Shown piece by piece: positions 36,017 through 45,737 of a DNA stretch of 64,000 nt; positions within the stretch are counted from its first letter, which is position 1; each line of letters starts with the position of its first letter. The notes under the pieces were generated by a model that made no database searches, was not told the origin of the DNA, and was given only the letters and a program-made list of their open reading frames with translations. A program made the translations under genes and the position numbers. The stretch is from Longimicrobiales bacterium (GTDB lineage: Bacteria; Gemmatimonadota; Gemmatimonadetes; Longimicrobiales; Gaopeijiaceae): positions 2,848,001 to 2,912,000 of the forward strand of contig OZ220732.1 in NCBI GenBank assembly GCA_965116905.1. The letters run 5' to 3'.

Positions 36017-37768
36017 TTGTCCTATCTCGCCCTAGCCCGGAAGTATCGGCCCCGACGCTTCGGGGAGGTGTCGACACAGGAGCACGTGTCCCAGACGCTT
36101 CGGCACGCGGTGGCCGGGAACCGTGTCGGTCACGCCTACCTCTTCTGCGGTCCGCGCGGCGTCGGCAAGACGACGTTGGCACGCGTTCTCGCGATGTCGC
36201 TCAACTGTCCCGACCGCACCCCCGAGGGGGAGCCCTGTGGTGTCTGCAGTGACTGCTCCCACATCTGGGCGGGCCACACCTCGCTCGATGTGGTGGAGAT
36301 CGACGCGGCCTCCAACCGGGGCGTCGACGACGCCCGCGAACTGCGTGAACGCGCGATGTACGCGCCCTCCGAAGAGGACCGGTACAAGGTCTACATCCTC
36401 GACGAGGCCCACATGCTTACGCGCGAGGCCTGGAACGCGCTCCTCAAGATCCTGGAGGAGCCTCCGCCGAGGGTGATCTTCGTCTTCGCCACCACGGAGC
36501 CCCGCAAGATCCGCCAGAGTGCGTCCCCGATCCTGTCGCGCTGCCAGCGGTTCGACTTCCGCCGCATCGGCGCCAGCGACATCATGCAGCGGTTGCAGGA
36601 GGTGTTGGAAGCCGAGGGCATCAAGGCGGATCCCGAGGCGCTGCGGGCGATTGCCCGGAAGGCGAACGGGGGCATGCGCGACGGACTGTCGCTGCTGGAC
36701 CAGGTGCTGGCCCTGTCCGACGAGAGCGTGAGCATGGATTCGGTCGTGCGCGTCCTCGGTGTGGTGGATGAACAGCGCTACCTCGATCTCCTCGACATCG
36801 TCATCGAGCGCCGACATGGTGCCGTCTTCGAGTTCGTCGAAGAGCTGATCGACGAAGGGCACGACCTCGTCGAGTTCTACTACGGGCTGGCGGAGAAGCT
36901 GCGCCTGTTGCTGCGCATGTCGCTGGACGCCCCATCCACGGGGGGCGACCTGAACGAGGACCTGCGCGACGATTTCGCCCGGCGCGCGTCGGCGTTCGCT
37001 CCGGGGGACCTGGTCAGGATGCTGGCCATGGCTTCGGCCCTGGAGGCCGACGGCAGCCTGCGCCGCACGGGCAGGCCCCGTGTGCTGATCGAGATGCTCC
37101 TGCTCCGGATGAGCTACCTGGACCGGACGGTGGAACTGGAGGAGATCATCCGGGCACTCGGTGGAACACCGCCCCGGGAGTCTGCACAGTCGGCGCCGTC
37201 CCCGCAGGAGGCCGCCGCGCCCCGGGTCTCCGGCGGCGGTGCATCTCCGGAAGCGCGCGTCAGTGTGCCCGTAGCGCGCGCCACCGTGCCCGACGTGCCC
37301 GCCCAGGGAGCCCCCGCTGGCGGTCCGGACGCGTCTCCCGCGCCGTCCGAAGGAACCGCCGACACGATATGGAGCGCGGTGCTGCGGGACCGGAAGCGAG
37401 TCGAACTCGGGCTTTCGGGCCTCCTGCGCGGATCGGCCACGCTGACCGAGAACGACAAGGGGCTGTCGCTGATGGTTGGCGCGGGGCCGGCATCCGACGA
37501 ACTGCGGGACGCGGCGAAGCGGCGCGCGCTGCTCGACGCGCTGGCCCTTCATTCGGGCCGTGAATCTGCAGAGATTTCAATCGAGATCGACGAGGGTGAT
37601 CGTTCAGGTGGCGAGAGTGTCCCGGGCGGGAAAGCCGGTCCCCCGGGCGGCGCCACCGGAAGAATCACTCGGGACTCGGTTCAGGAGTCGCGTCTGAACG
37701 AACTCGTCAAACGTGCTCCGCAACTCGAGAAGGCCATCGTGGAACTGGATCTCGAGCTGGTGGACTGA
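36017..37768 (+). CDS. dnaX: DNA polymerase III subunit gamma/tau
   Basis: LARKYRP, GPRGVGKTT, zinc cluster C..PCGVCSDC, EIDAASN, DEAHML, LLKILEEPP, SRCQ, GGMRDGLSLLDQ. Confidence 0.97.
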   Translation: MSYLALARKYRPRRFGEVSTQEHVSQTLRHAVAGNRVGHAYLFCGPRGVGKTTLARVLAMSLNCPDRTPEGEPCGVCSDCSHIWAGHTSLDVVEIDAASNRGVDDARELRERAMYAPSEEDRYKVYILDEAHMLTREAWNALLKILEEPPPRVIFVFATTEPRKIRQSASPILSRCQRFDFRRIGASDIMQRLQEVLEAEGIKADPEALRAIARKANGGMRDGLSLLDQVLALSDESVSMDSVVRVLGVVDEQRYLDLLDIVIERRHGAVFEFVEELIDEGHDLVEFYYGLAEKLRLLLRMSLDAPSTGGDLNEDLRDDFARRASAFAPGDLVRMLAMASALEADGSLRRTGRPRVLIEMLLLRMSYLDRTVELEEIIRALGGTPPRESAQSAPSPQEAAAPRVSGGGASPEARVSVPVARATVPDVPAQGAPAGGPDASPAPSEGTADTIWSAVLRDRKRVELGLSGLLRGSATLTENDKGLSLMVGAGPASDELRDAAKRRALLDALALHSGRESAEISIEIDEGDRSGGESVPGGKAGPPGGATGRITRDSVQESRLNELVKRAPQLEKAIVELDLELVD

Positions 37769-37799
37769 GCGGCGAACCCAAGCAACCGGCAGAAGCGAA

Positions 37800-38117
37800 A
37801 TGACGAATATCCAGCAGTTGATGAAGATGGGACAGCAGATCCAGGCCAGGATCAAGGAGTTGCAGGACAGTCTGCACACGGAGGAGCTGACGGCTTCGTC
37901 CGGGGGCGGCATGGTGACGGCGCGCGTAAACGGCAAGGGCGACCTCCGGGGCATCTCGATCGACCCGGAAGTGATCGACGCGGAAGATCCCGAGATGCTC
38001 GAGGATCTGGTCGTGGCGGCTGTCGCGGAGGCCCAGAACCGCGCGCGTGATTTCTCGGAAGAACGCATGCGCGGAGCGGCAGGGGGGCTGCCGGTCCAGT
38101 TGCCAGGGCTTTTCTGA
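37800..38117 (+). CDS. ybaB: YbaB/EbfC nucleoid-associated protein
   Basis: GGGMV, ISIDP, EDPEMLEDLVVAA; sits between dnaX and recR. Confidence 0.95.
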   Translation: MTNIQQLMKMGQQIQARIKELQDSLHTEELTASSGGGMVTARVNGKGDLRGISIDPEVIDAEDPEMLEDLVVAAVAEAQNRARDFSEERMRGAAGGLPVQLPGLF

Positions 38118-38126
38118 CCCCGGCTC

Positions 38127-38741
38127 TTGGATAACCGCCGCCCGGCACAATCGCCGATCGACGAGCTCTGCCGAGAGCTGCGGAAGCTTCCCGGAATCGG
38201 AACGAAGACCGCCTTGCGCCTGGCGTTTCATCTCGTCAAGGGATCCAGGGACGATATCCGCCGGCTTGCGGACGTGCTGCTCGAGGTCGCGGAGCGGATA
38301 CACCCTTGCCCACGGTGCGGCAACTATTGCGATGGGGCGCTCTGCCCGGTGTGCCGGGACCCGTCCCGCGACCACGGCATTATCTGCGTGGTCGAAGAAG
38401 CCTACGAGGTGGGGGCCATCGAGAGGGCCGGACGGTACAGGGGACTCTTCCACGTTCTCGGCGGCCGACTCTCTCCTCTTGACGGCGTGGGGCCCGAGCA
38501 TCTGAATATCGATGGCCTGGTCAGCCGGATCACCGATGCGCCCGAGCCGACCGAGGAGGTCATCCTCGCGACCAACGCGAGTGTCGAAGGAGAGGCCACT
38601 GCCGTGTACCTGCAGGGGTTGCTGCGGCCCCACGTGTCGCGAGTGACGCGCCTGGCCAGGGGAATTCCGGTCGGGAGCGACCTGGAGTACGTTGACGGCA
38701 CAACCATCGGCGAGGCTCTGGCCGGCCGCCGGGAAATGTAG
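38127..38741 (+). CDS. recR: Recombination mediator RecR
   Basis: LPGIGTKTA HhH, C4 zinc finger, ICVVE, FHVLGG, EVILATN, EGEATA, GIPVG. Confidence 0.97.
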   Translation: MDNRRPAQSPIDELCRELRKLPGIGTKTALRLAFHLVKGSRDDIRRLADVLLEVAERIHPCPRCGNYCDGALCPVCRDPSRDHGIICVVEEAYEVGAIERAGRYRGLFHVLGGRLSPLDGVGPEHLNIDGLVSRITDAPEPTEEVILATNASVEGEATAVYLQGLLRPHVSRVTRLARGIPVGSDLEYVDGTTIGEALAGRREM

Positions 38742-38754
38742 GGGGGGAGGCATC

Positions 38755-39054
38755 GTGAATCGACGGACGCGGCGGATCGGTCTGTTTCTGCTTGGTGCGG
38801 GTGCGGTGGGTGCGCTGACGGCGTTGCTGCTGAAGCACCAGGTGGTACGGCACCGGCGCGAACTCTTCAGTTCCAACCCGTTCAGGCGACTGGCGGCGCT
38901 CCGGCACATGGCCGGCGAACCCGCCACCGTCGACGGGATCACCGTACTCCGCGATTTCGCCGCGTGGGAGCCGCGGCGCCTCCTGAGGACCCGCGCCGCC
39001 TCCGTGCTTGTGCGCATGCAAAGGGAACTGCGGCAGAAAGCCGAGGGCAGGTGA
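38755..39054 (+). CDS. Small hypothetical membrane-anchored protein
   Basis: GTG after SD GGAGG, N-terminal TM helix, HRRELFS..PFRRLAAL; stop overlaps the pgsA start. Confidence 0.7.
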   Translation: MNRRTRRIGLFLLGAGAVGALTALLLKHQVVRHRRELFSSNPFRRLAALRHMAGEPATVDGITVLRDFAAWEPRRLLRTRAASVLVRMQRELRQKAEGR

Positions 39055-39680
39055 ACCTACCCAACGCGATTACGATGGCGCGGATCGCGGTCAGTCCCCT
39101 GATCGCCTACCTCGCCCTCTCAACCACGGTCGTGAACCGGTACGCGGCTTTTGTACTGTTTCTGCTGGCCGCGTTTTCGGATGTCTGGGACGGTTATCTG
39201 GCCCGGAGGCACGGGTGGGTCACGGACATGGGCAAGCTCCTCGATCCGATTGCCGACAAACTGCTCCTGGTGAGCACTTTCGTGCCGATTTTCATCATTT
39301 CGCGCCGTGCCGACGAGTTCAGCAACCTCCCGTGGTGGGGCACCCTGCCGGTGTGGGTCGTCGTCGTGGTGTTCGGAAGGGAGCTGTTCGTCACGCTGTT
39401 TCGGGCCTACGCCGCCCGCCGCGGAGTGGTGATCGCCGCCGGAACGCTGGGGAAGCGAAAGGCGCTGCTCCAAAACTTCTTCATCGGTGCACTTCTTTTG
39501 TGGTATCCGCTGCTCCTTTCAGCCACTGCCCTGGGATGGTCCGGATCCTCGTGGGCTGCCTGGCGGGTGGTCCACACGAGTTGGATCGGTGTCACCCTGG
39601 GTCTTGCGGTCCTGCTCACGCTGCTTTCGATGGGTGACTACCTGTGGCGGTATCGGGTCCTGTTGGGGAGGAGGGGGTGA
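39051..39680 (+). CDS. pgsA: CDP-alcohol phosphatidyltransferase (PgsA-like)
   Basis: NLPNAITMAR, DVWDGYLAR...GKLLDPIADK signature, GRE, GKRK. Confidence 0.9.
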   Translation: MNLPNAITMARIAVSPLIAYLALSTTVVNRYAAFVLFLLAAFSDVWDGYLARRHGWVTDMGKLLDPIADKLLLVSTFVPIFIISRRADEFSNLPWWGTLPVWVVVVVFGRELFVTLFRAYAARRGVVIAAGTLGKRKALLQNFFIGALLLWYPLLLSATALGWSGSSWAAWRVVHTSWIGVTLGLAVLLTLLSMGDYLWRYRVLLGRRG

Positions 39681-40195
39681 CGACCGAGCCCGCGACCGAC
39701 TATCGATCCATCCCGGAGCTGGCGCAGCGCCTTTCGGACCTTTCGCGTGAACGCGGACTGAAGATCGCGACGGCGGAGAGCTGTACGGGCGGCATGGCGG
39801 GGGCGGCCATCACGGATCACCCCGGCGCCTCCGCACACTACGTCGGGGGCGTGGTCGCCTATTGCGACGACATCAAGGTGCGCTGCCTGGATGTCGACCC
39901 GATGGTCATCAGCTCCCACGGCGCAGTGTCCCGGCTGGTTGCCCTCCAGATGGCGTTCGGGGCACGCCGGCGTTTCTCCGCCGATGTGGCCCTGGCGGTG
40001 ACGGGGATTGCGGGCCCGCGGGGAGGCAGCCCCGAGAAGCCGGTGGGAACCGTCTGGATCGCGGTGGCGCTGAGCGATGGAACCGGCACGGCGCGGCGTA
40101 TGCAGTTCAAGGGCGGGCGCGCGTCGATCCGGGACAGGAGCGTCGCCGCCGTTCTGCGGATGGCGACGGAGGCGATCGCGACGCGCGATCTGTGA
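39677..40195 (+). CDS. cinA: CinA C-terminal domain / nicotinamide-nucleotide amidohydrolase (PncC)
   Basis: TAESCTGG, PGAS, HGAVS, TGIAGP, KPVGTV. Confidence 0.9.
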   Translation: MTTEPATDYRSIPELAQRLSDLSRERGLKIATAESCTGGMAGAAITDHPGASAHYVGGVVAYCDDIKVRCLDVDPMVISSHGAVSRLVALQMAFGARRRFSADVALAVTGIAGPRGGSPEKPVGTVWIAVALSDGTGTARRMQFKGGRASIRDRSVAAVLRMATEAIATRDL

Positions 40196-40303
40196 ACGGA
40201 GGCCGCAAGTGGCCATAATGGATAGGCGTGAGAGGGTTGACGCGCCAAGGGCGGCCGGCAGCCGTGCCGGTCACCGTGTGATCACAGACGGGTTGAAGGT
40301 GGA

Positions 40304-40891
40304 ATGACGGACAAACGACCAAACGAAGAGGCGAACCCTGTGAATCCGGCGGAACCGGAGGATCGTCCGGAGGAGGAAGCGGACGACGCGCCGGCGGCTC
40401 ACGAGCCGGCCGGAGAACCGGAACACACGGATGAGGAAGACATCGCCGAGCGGCTTCGAGCCGAGCGCGACAGGACCAGGGACCAGCATCTGAGACTGGC
40501 GGCCGACTTCGACAACTACCGAAAGCGCACCGAGGACCGGTTGCGCCAGCGATGGAACAGTGCCCAGGCCGACTTGATCTCACGTCTTCTCGACCCTCTC
40601 GACGACCTCCTGCGGGTCACGGCCCTGGAACCCGAAACTGCATCGGTGGAGGCCATCGTCGAGGGCGTCGACCTCGTCGAACGGAAGTTCTTCCGCGTGC
40701 TCGAGGACATCGGGGTGGAAATCGTCGACCCTGCGGGAGACGCCTTCGACCCCAACACGATGGAAGCGATGATGCAGGTGCCGGCCGAGTCGGAAGACGA
40801 CGATGAGACCGTGGCACAGGTGTTTCAGCGGGGGTATGCCATGAAGGGCCTTCTGGTGCGTCCCGCGCGCGTCAGCGTCTACAAGGCGTAA
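40304..40891 (+). CDS. grpE: Nucleotide exchange factor GrpE
   Basis: RLAADFDNYRKR, FDPN, QRGY, RPARV. Confidence 0.95.
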   Translation: MTDKRPNEEANPVNPAEPEDRPEEEADDAPAAHEPAGEPEHTDEEDIAERLRAERDRTRDQHLRLAADFDNYRKRTEDRLRQRWNSAQADLISRLLDPLDDLLRVTALEPETASVEAIVEGVDLVERKFFRVLEDIGVEIVDPAGDAFDPNTMEAMMQVPAESEDDDETVAQVFQRGYAMKGLLVRPARVSVYKA

Positions 40892-40910
40892 CGGCGGGGG
40901 CGCGAGCCAT

Positions 40911-42020
40911 ATGACGCAGCCGACCAAGGACTACTACGCGATACTCGGCGTCGACGAGAAAGCCGATCAGGCAGCGATCAAGAGCGCCTATCGGCGACTG
41001 GCAAAGCGCTTTCACCCGGACGCCAACCAGGGCAACCCCCGCGCGGCGGAGCGGTTCAAGGAGGTCGGCGAGGCCAACGGCGTGCTTTCCGATCCGAAGA
41101 AGCGGAAGCAGTACGATCAAATGCGCAAGCTGGGAGCCTTCGGCTTCGGGGGTGCGCGAAGACCGGGGTCGCGCGCGAGCCCGCAGGGCACCTCGAATTT
41201 CTCCTTCGAGGATCTCGGGGGTCTCGGCGGCTTCTCGGACATCTTTTCCTCCATCTTCGACCGGGGCAAGAAGCAGAGCCCGAAACCCGGCGGTCCCAGC
41301 AAGGGCAAGGATATCGATTACAGCGTGGAGGTTGCGTTCAAGACCGCCGTGCAGGGGGGCAAGGTCGCGATCTCGGTGCCGATCAACGAGGAATGCGCCA
41401 CCTGCCGAGGCTCCGGCGGGGCGCCGGGCACAGCCTGGAACAGGTGCGCCGAGTGCAAGGGGAAGGGAAGCGTCTCGTTCGGTCAGGGCGGTTTCGCGGT
41501 CAACCGCCCCTGTCCTGCGTGCCTGGGCCGTGGCGAGCGGCCCGACAAGGAGTGCGAGGCGTGCGATGGTACGGGGAAGGTCCACCAGGACCGCAAGATC
41601 CAGGTGTCGGTCCCCGCCGGCGTGCGGACCGGCTCCAAAGTCCGCCTGACCGGCCAGGGCGAACGCGGGCAGAAGGGTGGGGCGCCCGGGGATGTGGTCA
41701 TCACCTTCAAGGTGGAGCCGCACGCGTTTTTCCGGCGCGACGGCAACGATATCCATGTCACCGTTCCGATCAACCTTGCGCAGGCGGCCCTCGGGTCGCG
41801 CATCCGGGTCTCGACCATTTCGGGGCGGAAGGTCGTGCTCCGCATCCCGCCTGGCACGCAGCCGGGCACGCGTTTCCGCATCCGGGGCCAGGGGATCAGG
41901 AGCAAGGGCCGGACGGGCGATCAGTTGGTCGAAGTGAAGGTTGCCGTGCCCGAATCCCTGAGCGAGGAGCAGGCGGAGCAGTTTCGGGAGTTCGCCGACA
42001 CCGCGGGAATGAAGTGGTGA
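40911..42020 (+). CDS. dnaJ: Molecular chaperone DnaJ
   Basis: J domain with HPD, G/F region, four CxxCxGxG repeats and C-terminal domain. Confidence 0.96.
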   Translation: MTQPTKDYYAILGVDEKADQAAIKSAYRRLAKRFHPDANQGNPRAAERFKEVGEANGVLSDPKKRKQYDQMRKLGAFGFGGARRPGSRASPQGTSNFSFEDLGGLGGFSDIFSSIFDRGKKQSPKPGGPSKGKDIDYSVEVAFKTAVQGGKVAISVPINEECATCRGSGGAPGTAWNRCAECKGKGSVSFGQGGFAVNRPCPACLGRGERPDKECEACDGTGKVHQDRKIQVSVPAGVRTGSKVRLTGQGERGQKGGAPGDVVITFKVEPHAFFRRDGNDIHVTVPINLAQAALGSRIRVSTISGRKVVLRIPPGTQPGTRFRIRGQGIRSKGRTGDQLVEVKVAVPESLSEEQAEQFREFADTAGMKW

Positions 42021-42026
42021 GGTCGG

Positions 42027-43184
42027 TCAGCCGCCGGCAACGGAGGCGCCACGGATCCGGCCACCGCCCAGAACCTCCTCGCCGCTGAAGAACACGCAGG
42101 ACTGGCCCGGGGTCACCGCGGCCGCCGGCTTCACCAGGGCCAGGGAGAGCCTGTCCGCGTCCAGCGCCTCGACGCGGCAGGGCAGTGCCGGAGACCGATA
42201 GCGGATCTGGATGTCCAGTCGGCTTCCGGGCGACGGGGGCGGCGCCAGCCAGTTGAGCTCGCCGACGCGGACGCTGCCGGTCGCGAGCAGATGTCGCGGT
42301 CCCACGACCACTTCGCGCGTGGCCGCACGAATCTCGAGGACGTAGTAGGGCTCGGTCCTCCCGCCACCGATCCCCTTCCTCTGGCCCACGGTGAACCCGG
42401 AATAGCCCTGGTGCATCCCCAGAACCCGGCCGCCGTGGTCGACGATCGCTCCGGGCGACAGGGCCGGGTGCGTGGGGAGCAGCTTGCGCGCGAGGAAATC
42501 CCGGTAGTTGCCGGTTGGCACGAAGCAGATCTCCTGCGATTCGGGCTTGGCGGCGGTCACAAGGCCGAGCTTCCGGGCCCGCTCCCTCACCTCCGGCTTG
42601 GTCAGGTCACCGAGCGGAAAGTGGAGCCGCGCGAGCAGTTCGGCCGGGAGTCCCCACAGGAAGTAGGACTGGTCCTTGACCGAGTCCCGTCCCCGCAGCA
42701 TGCGCGGGCGCTCCCGGGAGCGGTCGAGGCGCACGTAGTGGCCCGACGCCACACCGTCACAGCCCAGAACGCGTCCCCGCCGGAAGAGATCACGGAACTT
42801 CGTGTTGGAATTGCAGCGGACGCACGGATTGGGCGTGCGTCCCACCGCGTACTCGTCGACGAAGTCGTCAATGACGTCCCGGGTGAACTCCTCCTCGACA
42901 TCGAAGACGTAATGGGGGATTCCCAGTTCGTCGGCCACGCTGCGGGCGTCCCGGATTCCGTCCAGGCCACAACAGGTCTTGCCGCTGCGCTCCGCGCCGC
43001 TGCCCTCCGCGCCGTCCCCCTCCACTCCGCTCTCCTCCGCCTCCGTGTCGCTGTAGCAGAAGGTTTTCATGGTGGCTCCGACCACGTCGTGGCCCGCCTC
43101 GACAAGCAAAGCCGCCGCGACCGACGAATCGACCCCGCCGGACATGGCCACCAGAATCCGCAGCGGCTTCGTCCTGGTCGTCAT
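42027..43184 (-). CDS. mnmA: tRNA-specific 2-thiouridylase MnmA
   Basis: AMSGGVDSSV, TPNPCVRCN, SGHY, KDQSYFL, KPESQEICF, FTVGQRKG, TPGQ. This is the 3' part of the long ORF; ATG at 43184. Confidence 0.96.
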   Translation of the reverse strand: MTTRTKPLRILVAMSGGVDSSVAAALLVEAGHDVVGATMKTFCYSDTEAEESGVEGDGAEGSGAERSGKTCCGLDGIRDARSVADELGIPHYVFDVEEEFTRDVIDDFVDEYAVGRTPNPCVRCNSNTKFRDLFRRGRVLGCDGVASGHYVRLDRSRERPRMLRGRDSVKDQSYFLWGLPAELLARLHFPLGDLTKPEVRERARKLGLVTAAKPESQEICFVPTGNYRDFLARKLLPTHPALSPGAIVDHGGRVLGMHQGYSGFTVGQRKGIGGGRTEPYYVLEIRAATREVVVGPRHLLATGSVRVGELNWLAPPPSPGSRLDIQIRYRSPALPCRVEALDADRLSLALVKPAAAVTPGQSCVFFSGEEVLGGGRIRGASVAGG

Positions 43185-44350
43185 GGCCGGGCGAACTCGC
43201 GTGTGCGTTCGATGGCCACGGTAACCGAGTCCACGATCCGATCGACCTGCCGCGCCCGGTTGAGCCGGCCGAAGCTCAGTCTGAGGGCTGCCATGGTCTC
43301 GCCGGGGTGGAGGGCTGCGAGCGTGCGGCTGCCCGTGACGGAGCCGCTGGCGCACGCCGACCCCCCCGACGCCGCGATGCCCTCGGCGTCCAGCGCGGCC
43401 AGCAGCGTGTCCGAATCCGCACCGGGAACCCCCATCGAAAGGATGTGAGGCGCGCGCGGGCAACCTTTCCCGTGGATTCGCAGGTCGGGGACGCGGGCTG
43501 CCAGCCGGGACTGCACCGCGTCCCTCAGGGTCGCCAGCCGGGCGGACTCGACCCGGACCTCCTCCACGGCCAGGCGCACCGCCTCGGCGAGTCCAACGGC
43601 TCCCGCGACGTCCTCCGTGCCCGGCCGAACGCCCCGTTCCTGCCCGCCGCCGAAGTGCAGCGGCTTCAGGTGCCCGGGATTCGTCGCGATCAGGGCCCCC
43701 GTCCCCGTGGGGCCATGGATCTTGTGGCCGGTCACCGTCAGCAGATCGACCGCGACGTCCCGAAGCGAAAGGGGGACCTTGCCCACCGCCTGGACCGCAT
43801 CGCTGTGAAGCGGCACCCCGTGCTCTCGGCAGGCCCGCGAAATCTCCGCCATCGGCAGCTCCAGACCGACCTCGTTGTTGACCCACATGCACGACACCAC
43901 CACAGGGCGCTCGCGCACGGCCGCATCGAGCGCATCCAGATCCAGGACCCCGCCGCTGAATCCGATCACCGTGTGGCGGGCACCCTCCGCGGCGGCCTGC
44001 CGGGCGGCCTCGTGCACGGCCGGGTGCTCGATGGAGGAGGTCACCACCAGCGGAGCGCGGACGCCGCCGCCCTCGGAGGTCGCGTGCCGCGCCCGGCCCA
44101 GCACGGCCAGGTTGTCCGATTCGGTTCCCCCGCGCGTGAAGAACACCTGGGCCGCCGGGACGCCCAGCGCCGTGGCCATGGAGGCTCGTGCGGATTCCAG
44201 GCGGCGCCTGGCCTTGCGTCCCCAGGAGTGGCCGCTCGACGGATTGCCGAACGCCTCCTCGCGGCACGCCGACATCGCGGCGATCACTTCCGCGCGGACC
44301 GGCGTGGTTGCGGCGTGGTCGAGGTAGATGGGTTCTGCGATTCCCTGCAC
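43181..44350 (-). CDS. iscS: Cysteine desulfurase (IscS/NifS group I)
   Basis: YLDHAATTP, GNPSS, GGTES, EHPAV, NNEVG, DAVQA, GHKIHGP (PLP Lys), SGGSAC (catalytic Cys). Confidence 0.93.
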   Translation of the reverse strand: MQGIAEPIYLDHAATTPVRAEVIAAMSACREEAFGNPSSGHSWGRKARRRLESARASMATALGVPAAQVFFTRGGTESDNLAVLGRARHATSEGGGVRAPLVVTSSIEHPAVHEAARQAAAEGARHTVIGFSGGVLDLDALDAAVRERPVVVSCMWVNNEVGLELPMAEISRACREHGVPLHSDAVQAVGKVPLSLRDVAVDLLTVTGHKIHGPTGTGALIATNPGHLKPLHFGGGQERGVRPGTEDVAGAVGLAEAVRLAVEEVRVESARLATLRDAVQSRLAARVPDLRIHGKGCPRAPHILSMGVPGADSDTLLAALDAEGIAASGGSACASGSVTGSRTLAALHPGETMAALRLSFGRLNRARQVDRIVDSVTVAIERTREFARP

Positions 44351-44540
44351 CGGGCTGCTCCTGCCGGGGACTTGCCGTAAAATATGGCAACGCAGCGGCA
44401 CTTGCGTGAATGCTTGATGCGAACGTGTTTCCCGATAACTTGCTAGCGGTCGACGGCGGACGGCGCCCGGTTCCCGCGGATCCACGCCGCCAGGAGCCTC
44501 GTCCGATCGCCCCCACGCACACCTGTTTCCCTTCGAGACG

Positions 44541-45671
44541 ATGAATCTTCACGAATACCAGGCCAAGGAACTGTTCCGCGAAGCCGGAATGGCCGTCAAC
44601 CCGGGGCAAGTCGCGGACAGCCCCGAGCAGGCTCGAGCACTGGCCGAGCGATTCGGCGGCGCCGCCGTCGTCAAGGCGCAGGTGCACTCCGGCGGCAGGG
44701 GGAAGGCGGGAGGGGTCAAGCTTGCTCACAGCCCCGACGAGGCCGCGGCCCACGCCTCCTCCATCCTGGGCATGGAGATCAGCGGGCTCACGGTCGGCGA
44801 GGTCCTGGTGAGCCCGATCGAGGACATCGCCACCGAGGCGTACGTGGGGGTCCTTGTGGATCGCGAGGGACAGTGCCCGGTGTTCATGGTGTCGGCAGAG
44901 GGCGGCGTCGACATCGAGGAGGTGGCAGCCACCCATCCGGAGGCGATCCACAGAGTGCGGGTGGACCCCCGCTACGGGCTGCTTCCCCACCAGGCCTACG
45001 GGCTGGCGGCCCGGCTCTACGACGATCCCGGCCTGGTTCGGCAGGCGGCGCGCATCATCACGCAGCTCTACGACGTGTTCGTGGGCAACGGCGCATCCAT
45101 GGCCGAGATCAACCCGCTCATCTCGACCGCCGAGGGCCGGGTGATGGCGATCGACGCCAAGGTGAGCATCGACGACAACGAACTCTTCCGGCGTCCCGCC
45201 GTCGCGGCACTGAGGGACGCAGGCTCCGAAGCTTCCGCCGATACCCGGGCGCGCGAGGCGGGTCTTTCGTTCGTCAAGCTCGATGGCAGCGTGGGCTGCT
45301 GCGTGAACGGGGCGGGCCTGGCGATGGCCACGATGGACCTGGTCAAGTACTACGGAGGCGAGCCGGCCAACTTCCTCGACATCGGCGGCTCGTCGAATCC
45401 GGACAAGGTCGTCTCGGCGCTGGAGATCATCACCTCCGACCCCGAAGTGAAGGTCATACTCTTCAACATCTTCGGCGGCATCACCCGCTGCGACGACGTG
45501 GCGCGCGGCATCGTGGAGGCCGTCCACCGGATCGGGATCGCGGTGCCGCTCGTGATCCGGCTGACCGGTACCAACGAGGAACTCGCCCGGGAGATTCTGG
45601 CCGAAGCGGGCCTGACCGCCGTGGCCACGATGGACGAGGTCGTGGAGCAGGCGGTTCGCCTGGCCGGATGA
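44541..45671 (+). CDS. sucC: Succinyl-CoA synthetase beta subunit
   Basis: MNLHEYQAK, GGRGKAGGV, EINPL, NGAGLAMATMD, PANFLDIGG, NIFGGI. Confidence 0.98.
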   Translation: MNLHEYQAKELFREAGMAVNPGQVADSPEQARALAERFGGAAVVKAQVHSGGRGKAGGVKLAHSPDEAAAHASSILGMEISGLTVGEVLVSPIEDIATEAYVGVLVDREGQCPVFMVSAEGGVDIEEVAATHPEAIHRVRVDPRYGLLPHQAYGLAARLYDDPGLVRQAARIITQLYDVFVGNGASMAEINPLISTAEGRVMAIDAKVSIDDNELFRRPAVAALRDAGSEASADTRAREAGLSFVKLDGSVGCCVNGAGLAMATMDLVKYYGGEPANFLDIGGSSNPDKVVSALEIITSDPEVKVILFNIFGGITRCDDVARGIVEAVHRIGIAVPLVIRLTGTNEELAREILAEAGLTAVATMDEVVEQAVRLAG

Positions 45672-45737
45672 CTGGCCGGATGACTCAAAACGACGAGGCG
45701 GCGTCCCCGGGCGCCGCGGCACAGCCGAGGGAGATTC

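Noticed and set aside
36017..37768. Programmed frameshift in dnaX
   Set aside because: No A-AAA-AAG or poly-A slippery site was seen.
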